Source: Tubiluchus corallicola
Taxonomy: Eukaryota > Animalia > Priapulida
DNA length: 64,000 nucleotides
Assembly (NCBI GenBank): GCA_030141605.1
Contig: JAQGDQ010000733.1
Span: 41,737 to 105,736 of the forward strand
Direction: 5' to 3'
Numbering within the stretch: the stretch's first letter is position 1; the number at the start of each line of letters is the position of its first letter. The notes under the pieces were generated by a model, which saw nothing but the letters and a program-made list of their open reading frames with translations, ran no database searches and had not been told where the DNA came from. Both the position numbers and the translations under genes were made by a program. Below are positions 50,641 to 62,700 of this stretch, one piece after another.

Positions 50641-51307
50641 AAATCTAAATCTTTCCTGGTACCTCACCTGATGACTCTTTTCTTTTGGTGGTAATTTTGT
50701 TTGTGTGCCTTTGCAGTTGTTTGTGTCTTTTTGTTGTTTGTTGATGTTGACATTATTTGAGTTTAATTTGATAAAGTGAGGCAAACTTCGTATAAGCTTG
50801 ACTCAACGGCAGCAAAACAAACATGGCTGCTGCACCACTAGAGCAGTTTAAATTACATCTTGACAACTTGACTAATCCTGTAAGAATTTAAATTAAAAGT
50901 CACTTTGATGCCATTCGTAAACTACAATGTAAAAAATCCTTATCAAATATCAAACTTAAGGTAAGCCGAAAGCGCGCAATCTTTAATTCTAATGAACCCA
51001 ATATCTCACCTGTGCATCTGCAATCAAAGTGATTTTCATCACGCGAGAAGGATATTTTTGAAGATCGTGTGATCTTTGTTTTGCAACTATTAACTCTTTC
51101 GGTTTTTCGGTTTCACTGGCAAGAGATCGCAGTGAGGCAGTGAGAGAAATTTGTGCAGTGAGGCAGCAATGATTTGTTACTTATCATTGAAGAACAAGGT
51201 TTCACGGTCATCTCATTGCTTTGAAACTTTGAATTTTCTATTTGAATTTTGTAGTTTTTTGGCATTTTTTATATTAATATTTACTGCACAACATGTAGCA
51301 TCCCTAA

Positions 51308-51430
<123 letters not shown>

Positions 51431-51506
51431 TAATGGCTGCGCAGGTTTTTGCTTTTTGCATTGTCGTCAAAAACACATCAATTTTATGAGCGTGTTAGTT
51501 AGCAAA

Positions 51507-51775
51507 TGAGGAAAGAGAGAGAAAGAAAAAAAGAGAGAGATAGAAGAGGGAGGGAGAGAAAGAAAGGGAGGAGAGAGAGAGAGAGACAGGAGAGGGAGGG
51601 AGAGAAAGAAAGGGAGGACAGAGAGAGAGACAGGAGAGGGAGGGAGAGAGAGAAAGAAAGGGAGGAGAGAGAGAGCGAGAAGAGAGAAGAGAGAGAGAGA
51701 ATGAGTGAGAGGGAGAGAGGGGAAAAAGAGACAGCAAAGAAAGAGAGAGAAAGAAAAAGAGAGAGAGAGATGAGA

Positions 51776-51813
<38 letters not shown>

Positions 51814-51886
51814 GGGGGGGAGAGAATGGCAGAGAGAGAGAGAGAGGGGGGGGAGAGAATGGCAGAAAGAGAGAGGGGGGGAGAGA

Positions 51887-51939
<53 letters not shown>

Positions 51940-51955
51940 TGAGAGAGAGGGAGAA
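51507..51955. repeat. (GA)n-rich microsatellite
   Basis: Direct inspection. Confidence 0.95.
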
Positions 51956-52056
51956 GCATATTAACCAATAGGCATACTAGGCTTATAGCCTAGGACTCCA
52001 AAGTTTGACGGCGTTACGTTTTAGAGAAAATTCTTATTCTCCTCAGAAAATGTGTA

Positions 52057-52683
52057 CAGTGTTCCCTCACTCTTCGCGGGTGTTCCGTTCCAGGCCCACC
52101 CGTGATAAGTGAATTTCCGCATGTACTTTCCGAAGTAGGGATGGTATACTTATTTTAGTAGTTATACATTATTTTAAGTCTTTATAAACCCTCCCCACAC
52201 TCTTATACATAACCCTTTCCCATTCCCTTAATAACTTTTCTCATACTGTACATGTACCTTTTAAAAAACTTTACTTAAATCTTCATAAAAATGTTTTAAA
52301 CTCTTACAATCTCACGTCGGCAAGTAGCATCTCAAGCGGGCGCAAATCCTACATTTTGTTTTTGGTGTGTATTCATCCGCCGAATAAATACACTATTTAC
52401 TGTAAATGGTAATTTTTTACGGTTTATAATATTCTTTTAATGTTAGAATTAATATTTTTAATGTATTTTTATACATTTTGTGATTTTTTATGCAAAATTC
52501 ATCAAATCTATACATTACTGTACAATACGTACTATTCATGTGCAGAAATACTTTAGACGGAGTACCGCAAAAACCTGCGAAACAGCGAAAATACCGCGAT
52601 AAATATTTTACATTAATATTTTTTTAAACCCGCGAAACAGCGAGTCCGCGATAAACGAACCGCGAAGTAGCGAGGGAACACTG
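52057..52683 (-). mobile_element. pogo/Tigger-like MITE family D, copy 2, nested in a family E element
   Basis: TA TSD; CAGTGTTCCCTC TIR; reverse-complement match to 29668-30159. Confidence 0.9.
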
Positions 52684-52911
52684 TATACTTTCATATTCAT
52701 GTATAGAGCACATTTTATAACACACCACAGGCAGTTAATAGCGTTTCTAATACACCACAGATAATTGTTTAATCTGCCTATTACATAATCAACCATAAAT
52801 TCACAATAGAGATGGGTGGGACAACTATCAGCAGAGGGTGCCGTAAAGTCTTGACACGCCCCTGGGTGTCAGCGTTCATTAAGTTTGCTAAGTAAATACT
52901 TTCTTTTGCAG

Positions 52912-52979
52912 AATTGTTGATCTTGGCGTCATGACACCCTGTGAGAAAATTCTCAAAGCAGCGATAACCGAGCAGGCGG
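52912..52979 (+). CDS. MTR: MTR exon 21 (IVDLGVMTPCEKILKAAITEQA)
   Basis: AG/GT boundaries, 68 nt. Confidence 0.94.
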
Positions 52980-53050
52980 GTGAGTTGTTAAGACAATATT
53001 TTGCAGCCAGATGGCGCACCACGAGCTGATATTCAGCACACACCTGTAGG

Positions 53051-53664
53051 TAGGGATGAGAATTTTCCGCGGATTCTCGGAATTCCGAGTTTTTGGAAGA
53101 CCTGTAGTGCCATTTTTGAAAACTGCGTAAATTCGTTGAGAAAATTTTTCCGGGTTGAACCTCGTTTTCGTCGAAATCGTAATCGAAACTTTCAGCAGCA
53201 TTTTTTCGAGGTTTTTATCCAGCTTACCTTTTATCTCTTAGATGTTAAAAATCGCTGAAAAATTTTGGCTAAAATAGTTCAAATGAAGCGTAAATATCGC
53301 TTATCTGATAATCTGTACGATTTGTAGCATGCCTTTTACGGCAATGCGGCATATCTTCGTTGCAGACAAATGTGAAGCTTTGAGGCCTCCAGACACAAAG
53401 CGTAATTCGAATCAAACCAAGTTTAATTTTATAATTTATGAAATATAGGCAACAAAATATATGCAAATTTGCTAATTTTTTGAAGCTTCACGATCATATG
53501 TATCATGTATCCTAGATATTGTGTATTTTAAATTATGCATGAAACAAGGTAATTGATATTTTAAGTCTACTTAGAGGCTCTCTATGGTCACAAAATTGCA
53601 ATTTGTTGCTTTCCTCAACCCTCTGGCCTGTTTCAGAGTTTTTTGCAATTTGTCATCATCCCTG
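53051..53664 (+). mobile_element. hAT-like MITE family A, copy with a variant interior
   Basis: 8-bp TSD CCTGTAGG; TAGGGATGA...TCATCCCTG. Confidence 0.9.
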
Positions 53665-53899
53665 CCTGTAGGGTGTACTAAGTGCAGAAGGTTGTGGGTT
53701 TAAGCAGTGGCAGCTCATGTATAGGCACTGTGCAGCCCCATTTTCACTCGAGCTTATCGATAACATTCAATATAATGAATCTTTTTTGTTTAATTCTTTC
53801 TTTATGCTTGTAAATCCTTGTACGGAACGAGAGCAAGTGATTGGAACTGTTTGCTTCATGGTTCCAGGGACATAGTGTTTGGCTGTTGTGCACATGCGG

Positions 53900-54170
53900 C
53901 TAGAGTTACCACATTGTCTGAGTTGAAAAAGAGGACACTGTGTAATTAGGCCAAAATGACCAGTCTAGGTTCGCAGTATTGTTTCAGATGTTCGGTTCGA
54001 ATACGCCAAGTATCGACAGCGGTGTGAGTCATGTGACCCATAGTGATGTGTGCATCGTTTACTTTTGTTCAGTAAAAACGTACACAAAGCTTTTACAAGG
54101 GTTGCATTTTGAGATGTTAGCAACATCTTGTATTGAAAATTAACGAGCTTTTCTTTGTCTCGTACTGTCG
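53900..54170 (+). mobile_element. Truncated family F element abutting the 42-bp array
   Basis: Matches 23289-23370 and ~23770-23943; homology stops at actgtcgt. Confidence 0.8.
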
Positions 54171-55166
54171 TCACTTTCGGATCTAATCGGCTTGTCCTGA
54201 CTAAACTTGTTATCACTTTCAGATCTAATCGGCTTGTCCTGACTAAACTTGTTGTCACTTTCAGATCTAATCGGCTTGTCCTGACTAAACTTGTTGTCAC
54301 TTTCAGATCTAATCGGCTTGTCCTGACTAAACTTGTTGTCACTTTCAGATCTAATCGGCTTGTCCTGACTAAACTTGTTGTCACTTTCAGATCTAATCGG
54401 CTTGTCTGACTAAACTTGTTGTCACTTTCAGATCTAATCGGCTTGTCTGACTAAACTTGTTGTCACTTTCAGATCTAATCGGCTTGTCCTGACTAAACTT
54501 GTTGTCACTTTCAGATCTAATCGGCTTGTCCTGACTAAACTTGTTGTCACTTTCAGATATAATCGGCTTGTCCTGACTAAATTTCTTGTCACTTTCAGAT
54601 CTAATCGGTTTGTCCGGACTAAACTTGTTGTCACTTTCAGATCTAATCGGCTTGTCCTGACTAAACTTGTTGTCACTTTCAGATCTAATCGGCTTGTCCT
54701 GACTAAACTTGTTGTCACTTTCAGATCTAATCGGCTTGTCCTGACTAAACTTGTTGTCACTTTCAGATCTAATCGGCTTGTCCTGACTAAACTTGTTGTC
54801 ACTTTCAGATCTAATCGGCTTGTCCTGACTAAACTTGTTGTCACTTTCAGATCTAATCGGCTTGTCCTGACTAAATTTGTTGTCACTTTCAGATCTAATC
54901 GGTTTGTCCTGACTAAACTTGTTGTCACTTTCAGATCTAATCGGCTTGTCCTGACTAAACTTGTTCTCACTTTCAGATCTAATCGGCTTGTCCTGACTAA
55001 ACTTGTTGTCACTTTCAGATCTAATCGGTTTGTCCGGACTAAGTTTGTTCTCACTTTCAGATCTAATCGGCTTGTCCGGACTAAATTTGTTCTCACTTTC
55101 AGATCTAATCTGCTTTTCCTGACTAAACTTGTTCTCACTTTCAGATCTAATCGGTTTGTCCGGACT
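54171..55166 (+). repeat. 42-bp array (about 24 units) of the intron 21/exon 22 acceptor junction
   Basis: Unit aaacttgttgtcactttcag|atctaatcggcttgtcctgact; the last unit runs into the real exon. Confidence 0.97.
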
Positions 55167-55265
55167 CATCACTCCGTCGTTAGATGAAATGGTCCACGTT
55201 GCCCGAGAAATGGAACGAGTCGGATTGAAATTACCTCTTCTCATTGGAGGTGCTACGACGTCAAA
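55145..55265 (+). CDS. MTR: MTR exon 22 ([16 protein letters not shown]...[10 protein letters not shown])
   Basis: SxL and GG motifs of the B12 domain; 121 nt; its acceptor is the last unit of a 42-bp array. Confidence 0.95.
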
Positions 55266-55805
55266 GTATGTTTTTACTTAGTTTATACATTAGCAAAAAA
55301 AATTTTATTTATTATTAGTGAAGCACGAAAATATGTATGTTTATGTATTAGTAGAAAGTAAAAGTAAAAATATGTGGAAACTGAGTTGTTTGAAGGCCGA
55401 GTTTGTGAAAAATTGAGGTTAAAAATCGATCAATTTCGCTTTGATCATAGGGTCCCTTATATGAGAGGTAATTTACCTGGGTTTCTATTACGCGGGACCT
55501 GAAGATATCGTCCCTTATAACCGAAAGTCCCTTATATCTGAGTACCTTATATACGAAGATTTTTACATACGAAAAACGTTACGAAAAATAGGGACCGGTG
55601 TTGGTGGTCCCTTATAAGCAAGTACATTATACCCGAGGTAGACTGTAATTGTAAAAAGTTACGGGGGGGGGGGGGATGCATAGAATGTTCTGGATTCTGT
55701 TATTTTTTTTCCATTTTCTCTCTACAAGCTTGACTGGCTGTGTTTTTTCAAATTTAGTTTACAGTAATTCGGATTAAAGCAGCAGGTGTTTTGTTTTTTT
55801 GGCAG

Positions 55806-55887
55806 GACCCACACGGCCGTAAAGATTGCACCAAGATATAGTCAACCCGTCGTGCACGTCCTGGACGCTTCAAAAAGCGTCGTTGTG
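55806..55887 (+). CDS. MTR: MTR exon 23 ([11 protein letters not shown]...DASKSVVV)
   Basis: AG/GT boundaries, 82 nt. Confidence 0.95.
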
Positions 55888-56351
55888 GTAGGTTTCTGTA
55901 AACTGACGTTTGCGTAAAATTCTCGTTTCAAAGCTTATTTATTGCGGTTGAAATTCATTTTTGAAGCTTCCAGTTTTCCTCAAACACTCGGTCAGAATGT
56001 GTCGGAGAGACATGATTTCCGGAATTTGAGTGCAATTTTGTTTTCCGTTCTGTTTGGTTTCGCCTGGTTGTGAAAACGTGATCTTTCTGCTATCGACAGC
56101 CATTTTCATATCAATGTCTCAAGTTATTTATTTATAACCTTGTGTGTTGTGTTGTCCGTTATAAAAACATAATGGAAATCAGAACTCATAGATGCAGCCA
56201 CTAACCTACATATGCTTCAGAATGAACTTTTGTACTTGAAGGAGAAGAAAAGGGAATTTTAAAGTAGCTCCTAAAAGACTTTCTTTACAAAATTATATTA
56301 CTTGGTGTTACGCTTATCTGCTTGAAAAATTTATGTAATTCGAAAGGAAAA

Positions 56352-56792
56352 TACTGACTACTCATTACTCAATACTCACTACTACTACTTACTACTCTTT
56401 ACTCAATACTCACTACTACTACTTACTACTCGTTAGTCAATACTCACTACTACTACTTACTACTCGTTAGTCAATATTCACTACTACTACTACTGACTAC
56501 TCAGTACTCACTACCCCACTACTACTACCAACTGCTGATTACTCATTACTCACTACTGCTGCTGCTACTGCTGCTGCTGCTGCTGCTACTGCTGCTACTG
56601 CTACGATGATGACGACGACTACTACTACTACTACTACCATTACTGATTACTCAGTACTCACTACTGCTGCTACTACCGCTACCGCTACTACTACTACTTC
56701 TACTACTACTACTGACTACTTAATACTCATTACTACTACCGCTACTACTACTACCACTACTCATTACTCAGTACTCACTACTACCGACTCTC
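56352..56792. repeat. Degenerate (ACT)n/(GCT)n microsatellite
   Basis: Direct inspection. Confidence 0.9.
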
Positions 56793-57163
56793 TACTAAGT
56801 CACTTAATTTCTCTTTCGTTCATCGTAACCCAGGATTTAGTAGGTTATGCTGTTGTCCAAGAAAATGTGCGTGTCTTTTCAGAACTTTGATTACATGGTG
56901 TTTTGTACAAATATTTCATTCTTTTGTTGTTAGAATCTAAGTGATACTAGTGACATTCATTTTTAAGTGAACCGTTTTTTTGTAATTTTTGTAATTTGTA
57001 ATTTTGTAATTATCTTTTAAACAATCGAAAATATTACTGATTATAGTAAAGTACAATTTTCTGTAACAGTGTTGATTTTAATTGTAATTTTTTAAATAAT
57101 TTGATTAATTGTGAACGTATATCGTACGTAGTAGTGAAATATTGGTATGTTTTCATTTCTTAG

Positions 57164-57262
57164 TCGTCTAACTTCATGGACGAGAATCTTAGAGACGAAT
57201 TTGCTGCGGAGATCGCAGAAGAATACGAAGAGATCAGGGAGGAACACTACGAAAATTTGAAG
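57164..57262 (+). CDS. MTR: MTR exon 24 (SSNFMDENLRDEF...EEYEEIREEHYENLK)
   Basis: AG/GT boundaries, 99 nt. Confidence 0.92.
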
Positions 57263-58542
57263 GTTTGAATGCGAAGCCACTCGAGTTTTGTGTTAAAATC
57301 TCAGTGAATCCCTAGACGAAAATGTTTAACTCTTGCTCGTTTGTAAAGATTTTAGCTTTTTTCTTTTAGCATTATCGTGCAAATTCTAAATTGCAAAATT
57401 AACAATTCCTGAATAACTAAGCTCGCACATTATTAAGTTTTCAAAAAAAAATTTTTTTTCTGTGTGGAGAGAAAAATACAGTAAGTCATCGCTTAACGAC
57501 GCGCTAGTGTGTTCCAACAAAGTGCGATATTAAGCGAAACGTTGTTAAACGAAGCCAAGACTTCCATAGAAAGTAATATAAAAAAATTGGTAGTCAAATA
57601 TTCAATATGAATCAATAAGTAGAACTGTGTGTTTTAAAAAAGTATACTTTTGAATTTATTGTTAATTCTCTTATATAAATTAATATTTTAAGATATTTTT
57701 TCTTATTTTAACTGCTCAAAGGAATTTAAGCATTACTTCATTTCTAAAATTCATTAAAACTCTTTGCAGTGCATAGTAAGCTGATGACTCATGCTTCTAT
57801 ATCAGTAATACTACAGCCATCGGTTAATAGGTTCAGTCGGTTAATTGGGTCAAAACACGTCGGTCCCAAAGTGAGTCTATTAAGAGGCACCTATTGTATT
57901 TGAATATCATTCGTGCGCTTGGACACGAAAACCGTCCATAACGCCAGCATAGCTAAAACTACGTTATGATCCTTCGAAGTAGAATGAACCGAAAATTTGG
58001 TCAAATGTTAGTTTTTTGTATTTTGTAAAAACCGACGCTAAACATGTTGGACTTTTATATTCCAGCATCAAATTATCGAGAAAGTGTTCAAAAATGCAAA
58101 AATTTAATTTTACAACTCACTGCCCACTTTTCTGTCTAGAAACTAGTACTGCAATTGCAAAAAACTCCTATTTTCATACAGTAGCTTGGTTGAAGCAGTC
58201 ATTTTGCTTTGGGTTACTTCTGTTGACACGCTCAGGTCTTTGTCAGGAAGAGCCATCTACTGGATTTAAACAAAACTTCAATGTGTTCTTGCAAAGTCCG
58301 TAACAACCAACATTTGTGCGGTTGCTAAGCGTTTTGTTGAAACGCGACAGAAAACAATGGCTGAGTTTAACAGCGATTTTCTTATCTCAAGATTATGTTT
58401 TTCTGTGTGCAGCCTGCACCTCACTGAATAACTAAGAAATCTTTATTGCCGACTTATGCACGATTGTGCTACGCAAGTACACATTTAAAAACTATGTAAA
58501 ATTTCAGTAACAAATATACGTAAGTTTATGATAATTGTATAG

Positions 58543-58618
58543 GATAGGAGATACCTTTCTCTGGAGGTGGCCAGGCAGCGACGAGTGCAGATTGACTGGA
58601 CAGCTGACACTGCACCTG
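58543..58618 (+). CDS. MTR: MTR exon 25 (DRRYLSLEVARQRRVQIDW...P); the gene continues beyond the window
   Basis: AG/GT boundaries, 76 nt; linker before the reactivation domain. Confidence 0.9.
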
Positions 58619-58663
58619 GTAATTTTATTGATTTTTTTCATTGATAAACAAATACAGTTAGAT

Positions 58664-59165
58664 CAGGGGTGTGCAAATTGCGACCCGCGGGCCACTTGCG
58701 GCCCGCCGAGAGAATTTGTGCGGCCCGCGAAGAGATTTGTCAACCTAATGAAAGTGTGGCCCGGGCGATTAATTGAGTGTATCCAGCTGAAGTCCGTGCC
58801 ACGATCCCAAAGATAGTGCGGGTAGTTTTTTCTACTAGATCGGATGGCATTAACCCTTACAAGACGGTTGTAGCTTAATGTCACTGTACTACACAGACTG
58901 TGTGATACACATTACTAATATGCATTGTAATGAAATTACCACTATCTGTCCTGAAAGTAGAAATATATGGTTTGTAATATAAATTTTAATAACTTCTAAA
59001 ATAGTTTCTTGAGTGCAGTAGTAATGATGTACGCGGGTCGGATGCAAAAAAAATCGTTATTAGGCCTTTCTGTACTTGGCCCCTTGATCAAACTGCATGT
59101 GGCCCGCAGGAATTGCGGGAAAGTTTAATGTGGCCCTGCTAGTCAGATAATTTAAAGCACCCCTG
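58664..59165 (+). mobile_element. hAT/Charlie-like MITE family B, copy 2
   Basis: 8-bp TSD AGTTAGAT; near-identical to 10218-10717. Confidence 0.92.
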
Positions 59166-59704
59166 AGTTAGATTGTCTTTTGCTTTTGCAAGTTTTTTTC
59201 GCATGTGTAGCCTAAAGTGTTTGCTATGCAGCAGTGGTTCCTAACTTGGGGTGCAAGTACCCCTTCAGGGCACGAAAAACCTAAGCCATGAGAATGCGAA
59301 AGTTGTGTCGTGTAACACGTCACAAAGTTCTTTTTTGCCGTACAGGTACGCGTACGGAGTACGAATTTTATGGGAGTAACTTCCTCGTGGTGTGAGAAAA
59401 GAGTGTACTACAAGATTTAAATCCTTAAACATCTTGATTGGTTGTATTTTGTAAAATGGTCCTTGGTTTTGCAACACAATAGCGTTTTTCTGATAATTCA
59501 CTGCGCACTGTCAAGCGTTATAACGGGGTTAATTTATTCTGCAAATAGGCATTTGGCACAGCAAACGCAAAACGCATTGGCAGTAGGCAAGGTTGGCGAT
59601 TTTCGGAAAAGCCCACGTTGGGGCTACTTCACAGTTCGACTGTGAGTTCGTCTTCTGATTTGACATCCAATCACCTTTGTTCTTGCATTTTATTCTTGAA
59701 TTTG

Positions 59705-62700
59705 GAAATGTGTAAATTGAAAACAAGGGCTTTTAATAAGTAGAGAATACTACAAATAAATACACGTGTAAATTGGAAATAAGGGCTTTTAATAAGGAGT
59801 ATAAGTAGAGAGAATACTACAAATAAATACCTGTGTAAATTGAAAATAAGAAATTTTAATGTGTATAATTAGAGAGAATACTACGAATAAATACATGTGT
59901 AAATTGGAAATAAGGGCTTTTAATAAAGAGTATAAGTAGAGAGAATACTACAAATAAATACACGTGTAAATTGGAAATAAGGGCTTTTAATAAGGAGTAT
60001 AATTAGAGAGAATACTACAAACAAATACACGTGTAAATTGGAAATAAGTGCTTTTAATAAGGAGTATAAGTAGAGAGAATACTACAAACAAATACACGTG
60101 TAAATTGGAAATAAGGGCTTTTAATAAGGAGTATAAGTAGAGAGAATACTACAAACAAATACACGTGTAAATTGGAAATAAGGGCTTTTAATAAAGAGTA
60201 TAAGTAGAGTGAATACTACAAACAAATACACGTGTAAATTGGAAATAATGGCTTTTAATAAAGAGTATAAGTAGAGAGAATACTACAAATAAATACACGT
60301 GTAAATTGGAAATAAGGGCTTTTAATAAAGAGTATAAGTAGAGAGAATACTACAAACAAATACACGTGTAAATTGGAAATAAGGGCTTTTAATAAAGAGT
60401 ATAAGTAGAGAGAATACTACAAACAAATACACGTGTAAATTGGAAATAAGGGCTTTTAATAAAGAGTATAAGTAGAGAGAATACTACAAACAAATACACG
60501 TGTAAATTGGAAATAAGGGCTTTTAATAAAGAGTATAAGTAGAGAGAATACTACAAACAAATACGTGTAAATTGAATAAGGCTTTTAATAAGAGTATAAG
60601 TAGAGAATACTACAAAAAATACACGTGTAAATTGGAAATAAGGGCTTTTAATAAAGAGTATAAGTAGAGAGAATACTACAAACAAATACACGTGTAAATT
60701 GGAAATAAGGGCTTTTAATAAAGAGTATAAGTAGAGAGAATACTACAAACAAATACACGTGTAAATTGGAAATAAGAGCTTTTAATAAAGAGTATAAGTA
60801 GAGAGAATACTACAAACAAATACACGTGTAAATTGGAAATAAGGGCTTTTAATAAGGAGTATAAGTAGAGAGAATACTACAAACAAATACACGTGTAAAT
60901 TGAAAATAAGGGCTTTTAATAAAGAGTATAAGTAGAGAGAATACTACAAACAAATACACGTGTAAATTGGAAATAAGGGCTTTTAATAAGGAGTATAAGT
61001 AGAGTGAATACTACAAACAAATACCTGTGTAAATTGAAAATAAGAAATTTTAATGTGTATAATTAGAGAGAATACTACGAATAAATACACGTGTAAATTG
61101 GAAATAATGGCTTTTAATAAAGAGTATAAGTAGAGTGAATACTACAAACAAATACCTGTGTAAATTGAAAATAAGAAATTTTAATGTGTATAATTAGAGA
61201 GAATACTACAAATAAATACACGTGTAAATTGGAAATAAGGGCTTTTAATAAAGAGTATAAGTAGAGAGAATACTACAAACAAATACACGTGTAAATTGGA
61301 AATAAGGGCTTTTAATAAGGAGTATAAGTAGAGAGAATACTACAAATAAATACACGTGTAAATTGGAAATAATGGCTTTTAATAAGGAGTATAAGTAGAG
61401 AGAATACTACAAACAAATACACGTGTAAATTGGAAATAATGGCTTTTAATAAAGAGTATAAGTAGAGAGAATACTACAAACAAATACACGTGTAAATTGG
61501 AAATAAGGGCTTTTAATAAGGAGTATAAGTAGAGAGAATACTACAAACAAATACACGTGTAAATTGGAAATAATGGCTTTTAATAAAGAGTATAAGTAGA
61601 GAGAATACTACAAACAAATACACGTGTAAATTGGAAATAATGGCTTTTAATAAGGAGTATAAGTAGAGAGAATACTACAAACAAATACACGTGTAAATTG
61701 GAAATAATGGCTTTTAATAAAGAGTATAAGTAGAGAGAATACTACAAACAAATACACGTGTAAATTGGAAATAAGGGCTTTTAATAAGGAGTATAAGTAG
61801 AGTGAATACTACAAACAAATACACGTGTAAATTGAAAATAAGAAATTTTAATGTGTATAATTAGAGAGAATACTACGAATAAATACACGTGTAAATTGGA
61901 AATAATGGCTTTTAATAAAGAGTATAAGTAGAGAGAATACTACAAACAAATACACGTGTAAATTGGAAATAATGGCTTTTAATAAGGAGTATAAGTAGAG
62001 AGAATACTACAAACAAATACACGTGTAAATTGGAAATAATGGCTTTTAATAAGGAGTATAAGTAGAGAGAATACTACAAACAAATACACGTGTAAATTGA
62101 AAATAAGGGCTTTTAATAAAGAGTATAAGTAGAGAGAATACTACAAACAAATACACGTGTAAATTGGAAATAAGGGCTTTTAATAAGGAGTATAAGTAGA
62201 GAGAATACTACAAACAAATACACGTGTAAATTGGAAATAATGGCTTTTAATAAAGAGTATAAGTAGAGAGAATACTACAAACAAATACACGTGTAAATTG
62301 GAAATAAGGGCTTTTAATAAGGAGTATAAGTAGAGAGAATACTACAAACAAATACACGTGTAAATTGGAAATAAGGGCTTTTAATAAGGAGTATAAGTAG
62401 AGAGAATACTACAAACAAATACACGTGTAAATTGGAAATAAGGGCTTTTAATAAGGAGTATAAGTAGAGAGAATACTACAAACAAATACACGTGTAAATT
62501 GGAAATAAGGGCTTTTAATGAGTATAAGTAGAGAGAATACTACAAATAAATACACGTGTAAATTGGAAATAAGGGCTTTTAATGAGTATAAGTAGAGAGA
62601 ATACTACAAACAAATACACGTGTAAATTGGAAATAATGGCTTTTAATAAGGAGTATAAGTAGAGAGAATACTACAAACAAATACACGTGTAAATTGGAAA

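Noticed and set aside
49428-50784. Repetitive - strand ORFs (AGTRSLLTIFKLSRR...)
   Set aside because: Translations of the 41-bp satellite cycling through frames.
54171-55144. Repeated TGA codons as selenocysteine or readthrough recoding
   Set aside because: The conserved protein needs only the last unit; TGA is explained by intron-derived cctgac, and no SECIS was identified.
54393-55244. 283-aa and 234-aa - strand ORFs with 14-aa repeats
   Set aside because: They are antisense translations of the 42-bp acceptor array and MTR exon 22; a unit length divisible by 3 explains the open frames.
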